From: Octopus vulgaris
Taxonomy: Eukaryota
Direction of reading: 5' to 3'
NCBI GenBank assembly: GCA_951406725.2
Contig: OX597826.1
Span: 1,984,001-2,048,000, forward strand
DNA length: 64,000 nt
Position numbers and translations under genes: made by a program. Under the pieces are notes generated by a model. The model was not told the origin of the DNA. It did no database searches and worked only from the letters and a program-made list of their open reading frames with translations. Shown here in pieces: positions 59,014 to 64,000 of this stretch; position 1 is the stretch's first letter, and every line of letters begins with the position of its first letter.

Positions 59014-59547
59014 GTATATTTATATGTAGACACCCACCCACACATATATACGCACAACGCATATATATACACATAAATATAAATTTATAACTGTAGATGT
59101 ATCTGTGTGCGAGTGCGTTTGATTTTGTAGGAATACACACATCCACACACACACACACACACACATCCACACACACATCCATACACACACGTTCACACAC
59201 GCAAATGTATCCACGTGGATGTTTCGTTCCTGTTATCTGAACTGATCTACTGATCGTTGTAGCAACTTATCAATTATAGTGTAAGGGTGGCGATGGCGAT
59301 GGAGTTGTTTCTGTAATCACTGGAACGAGACCGATATGATATCTGTGATAGGTGGGTATCCTTTGGATAAAGCATTGATATCAAAGGGACTACGTACCTT
59401 GAATGTATGAAGTAATCGATACGCCACGCTGGAGAATAAATATTTCCAAATTCGGTTCACGAATTGAGGAATTATATGGATCAGATTTCATGCTGGAACT
59501 TTTGAACGGAGTGTGATACAAAGCATTGTAGAATCAACACGCATGCA

Positions 59548-59588
<41 letters not shown>

Positions 59589-59771
59589 AACACACACGCG
59601 CACATGCTATTCCCACGCACACGCTATTCCCACGCACATACCTTTCACACGCGAACACGGTACATACTCATGCACACACTATCTCGCACGTACACCCATC
59701 CACGTAAATATACATAAATACATACAAATCTAGTCTCTACCTCTCTACCTTTCACTCTCTCTTTCTTTCTT

Positions 59772-59808
<37 letters not shown>

Positions 59809-59809
59809 A

Positions 59810-59868
<59 letters not shown>

Positions 59869-59869
59869 G

Positions 59870-59960
<91 letters not shown>

Positions 59961-60089
59961 ATATCTATCTATCTATCTATCTCTCTGTCTGTCTATCTAT
60001 CTATCGATTGTACATTTATTACCAAGAGGGACATTTTAATCCCTTTGGAAACATTACTCGATTATAGGTTAAACCCTTTTAGATACATA

Positions 60090-60330
60090 TACGAAGGTGA
60101 GTCAAAAAGTAATGCCATTTTGTTTAGGACAGGTATAATTACAATCACAGGAACATGTATCATGCATCAAAATGAAGCTGGTCCTCTGTGGATCCCATAT
60201 TAAGAGAAACGGTGACTATGTTGAGACAACATAGTCACCGTTTCTCTCAATAACAATGTTCCACCTTCGAATGAGAGCATATATCCCTGCCCCGTAAAAT
60301 TCTTTTGACTGTTCTTTGAACCACTTCTTC
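60090..60330 (-). mobile_element. mariner 3' end fragment with internal hairpin
   Basis: TIR-like TACGAAGGTGAGTCAAAAAGT. rc encodes KKWFKEQSKEFYGAGIYALIRRWNIVIERNGDYV (mariner C-terminus). Confidence 0.85.
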
Positions 60331-60377
60331 TCACTATAATGATGATGATAACAACAACAACAACAACAACAATAATA

Positions 60378-60592
60378 ATCCTTTTTACTAAAGGTACAAG
60401 GCTTGAAAATCTGGGGAAGTGGGTAAGTCGATTACATCAACCCTAGTGTGTTACTGGTACTTATTTCATTGACATCGACAGGATGAAAGGTAAAGCCGAC
60501 CTCGGCGGAATTTGAACTCAGAACCTAAGGACAGACAAAATGCCGCTAAGCATTTTACCCGGTGTGCTAACGGGTTTGCCAGCTCGTCGCAG
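60378..60592 (-). mobile_element. SINE family B copy (alternative tail, in AAT/AAC repeats)
   Basis: GGATGAAAGGTAAAGCCGACCTCGGCGGAATTTGAACTCAGAAC...GCCAGCTCG. Confidence 0.8.
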
Positions 60593-60831
60593 TAATAATA
60601 ATAATAATAATGGTTTCAAAAAACGACAAAATATGAAAGGAATTTTAATGTCAGCAATTTGCTTCCGCAACTAACCTAACCTTTTTAAACTCCATAGTAA
60701 TGAAATAACACTTATACACATTCGTGCACAACACACAAATAAACACACACACACACACATATATATGCATATTAGTACCTGTATGTATATATATAAATAC
60801 ATGCATGTGTCTCTAGAAAAAACGTATCTAA

Positions 60832-60867
<36 letters not shown>

Positions 60868-60873
60868 TTATGT

Positions 60874-60932
<59 letters not shown>

Positions 60933-61365
60933 TGTATGTATGTATGTATGCATGTATGTATGTATGTATGTATGTATGTATGTATGTATATATGTATGTA
61001 TATGTACTAGCACACGCATCGCATATAGATATACGCCCATAGATACGTGTAACGTAATAGGACGCAGATATAATTTTCTGATTATTACAAATTAAGAAAT
61101 ATATTAAATTATTAGCAAATATTTGGAAACGTAAAATTAAAATAACATAAAACAAGTAAAAAGAATAAAACAAATTTTAAACAAAATTATATAAAATTGA
61201 AGAAAAAACGGACCTGAGCCTTGAAAGTGTCAAAAATTATTCCTTAAAAATCGCATAAATGTGACGTTTCGCCTTTTTGCGCTTATCAGATTGGCAACAC
61301 GCGGGAACATATGGACGCGCATACACACACACACACACACACATATAGGAACAAACGTTCAATTC

Positions 61366-61408
<43 letters not shown>

Positions 61409-61836
61409 TGATAGGAAGAAATAACTTGTAGATATAAACGAACATATTTCTGGGTAAATGATTATTTTCACGTGTTTTTCCATCAACACGCCATCTTGAT
61501 ATATGCATGTATATGTATGCATATGCATATACATACGTATATATATATATATAACGTTTTACACACACGCACACACATAAATATACATTTATATAACTTA
61601 GAAATATATAATGTATATGTTGCTATATATAATATAATATATATATATATATGTTGTATGTGTGTGTGTGTGTGTATGCGTATATGCGTATGTGTGCTAT
61701 CTCAGAATACACATATCCACGCAAAACATACTCACACTCTCACACACACGAAAGACACACATATATCCGTGTACATGCATTTGTATGCGCAGAAGTATTT
61801 GTATGACTGCGTATAATACATACATACATAGTTAAG

Positions 61837-61888
<52 letters not shown>

Positions 61889-61933
61889 GATATATATGTT
61901 TAGGTATATGTATGCACACACTCACACGCACAT

Positions 61934-61980
<47 letters not shown>

Positions 61981-62460
61981 AGTGTGTGTGAGCGTGTATG
62001 TGTGTGTGTATGTGTGTGTGTGAGTGTGTATGTGTGTTTGTGTGTGTATGTGTGTGTGTGTGTATAGCTATATGTACTTATACAAATGTGCTTATTCTGA
62101 TGTTTTTTCAGCAAACTCCAGAGTATATCAGTGCATCTAATGTTTTTGTGTATGAAACCATCTGAGCCTGCGTGAGTATGTTTCTGATCTTGCTATTGCT
62201 GAAGTAAGGGGCTAACCGCAGAGACTGGCATGGGGCTGCATGGTGTTTGATAGGGGATCACTCACTCCCCGGCTCCTTGATCATTTACCTTCCCTTCAAG
62301 CGATAAACTTCTAAAATATGTTTAGCTTATCGATATGATTGTGTCGCAACTATGGAGACTCACAGCTGCATCAATTTCGCAAGCTAATCTCTCAAAAAAG
62401 AAACCTCCGTTCTCCACCTCTCACTTTCACCGCACTCCCTGTACATAAAACACACACACG

Positions 62461-62519
<59 letters not shown>

Positions 62520-62616
62520 ACACACTCACCCTCACACACATACACACATGTAATTATATATGAGTGTGTATGAAAATGAAAATATACATACAGAAAAGAG
62601 CACATATACACACAGA

Positions 62617-62677
<61 letters not shown>

Positions 62678-62930
62678 GCGTATGTATATATGTGTGCATA
62701 TATATATATGTGTGTGTATATATATATGTATATATACACATACATTATGTATATATATATATATGTGCGTATAAATGTATATAGACACACGCACACACAT
62801 ACATAAAATGCATGTGTTGGCGCACGCATACTCAGATGCATATACATATATAGATATTATGCAATATATTTACCTTTTAGACATTATACTAAATATTCTA
62901 CTCGTAATTCATGAATTATTATTATCATTG

Positions 62931-63011
<81 letters not shown>

Positions 63012-63056
63012 ATGGTGGTTTTGTTATTATTTCAATGGCGCCAGGTTTATTGTTAT

Positions 63057-63124
<68 letters not shown>

Positions 63125-63950
63125 ATAAAAAATGAAATGTTCCTCAGAAATTTTCCATCTTTTTCGATCAATCAATTTTATGCAACTGAAAGTACTGAAC
63201 TTACATAACAACAACAACAACAACAATAACAGCAACAACAACAACAACAACAACGATAATGGTGGTGATGATGATAATAGTAATAATAATAATAATAATA
63301 ATAATGCTAGTAAATTATTACCACAAATATTGCTGAGGGTCATGATAATGATACTGGTAATGATAATATATATAATATTAATAGTTTATGAAAATAATAT
63401 GCTGAAAACAAACACATGAATTAATAAATGTATAGATGATGATGATGATGATTGTGGTGGTGATAGTGGTGGTGGTGGTGGTGGTGGTGGTGGTCATGAT
63501 GATGCTGATATCAATAATAATAATAATAATAATGATAATAATAATAACATTATTAATAATAATAATAATGATAATAATAATAACATTATTAATAATAATA
63601 ATAATAATAATGACAGCAACAACAATTAAAATAACGATAGACACAGTATAAGGAATAAATAGCATTTGCCAGTAGACATATCTTGTTAAACAAATTTCAT
63701 GCAGAAAGAGAGGGCGCCGCTGTTTGAATTCTCCCGTTTCTTTCTCATGTATATCATTCGTGTCTTATGCTATTATTTTTGTTTCAAATGATGTAAAAAA
63801 TAAATAATGTTCTTACGTTAATTTCTTTTTTACGTGAAGATAATTTTATATTTCATTATTTCTGCTTATATATTCTTTCATTTTAATATTTTTCCTTTTT
63901 TTCTCTATAATTTTTTTCTATAATTTTGCGATAAAATATATTGTAATTAT

Positions 63951-63987
<37 letters not shown>

Positions 63988-64000
63988 GACACACACATAC

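Noticed and set aside
61258-61298. Minus-strand CTGATAA-GCGC..GGC-GAAACGTC
   Set aside because: Core G8 is mutated and stem I is unpaired. Remnant only.

Overview
AT-rich, microsatellite-saturated eukaryotic DNA, most likely an octopus (coleoid cephalopod) intronic or intergenic region. The taxon is inferred from the SINE families and repeat density, not from a database match. Almost all ORFs in the supplied track are translated microsatellites and are spurious. Recognisable content: three tRNA-derived SINE families; 3' fragments of CR1-, RTE-, Tx1- and R4/Dong-type LINEs; Penelope-like element (PLE) RT and pLTR remnants; mariner, hAT and Helentron-type non-autonomous DNA elements. Three phase-compatible minus-strand exon candidates of an unrecognised gene are listed at low confidence. 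The most interesting signals are: (1) about ten minimal type-I hammerhead ribozyme (HHR) motifs from several unrelated families, some with variant cores; (2) a head-to-head palindromic element made of a tRNA-like head, (AAT)n and an HHR tail, one arm of which was invaded by a Dong-like LINE; (3) two SINE/LINE 3'-tail partnerships, with CR1 and with Tx1; (4) apparent partitioning of microsatellite targets among retroelement clades. All coordinates and alignments were read by eye, so element ends are approximate.
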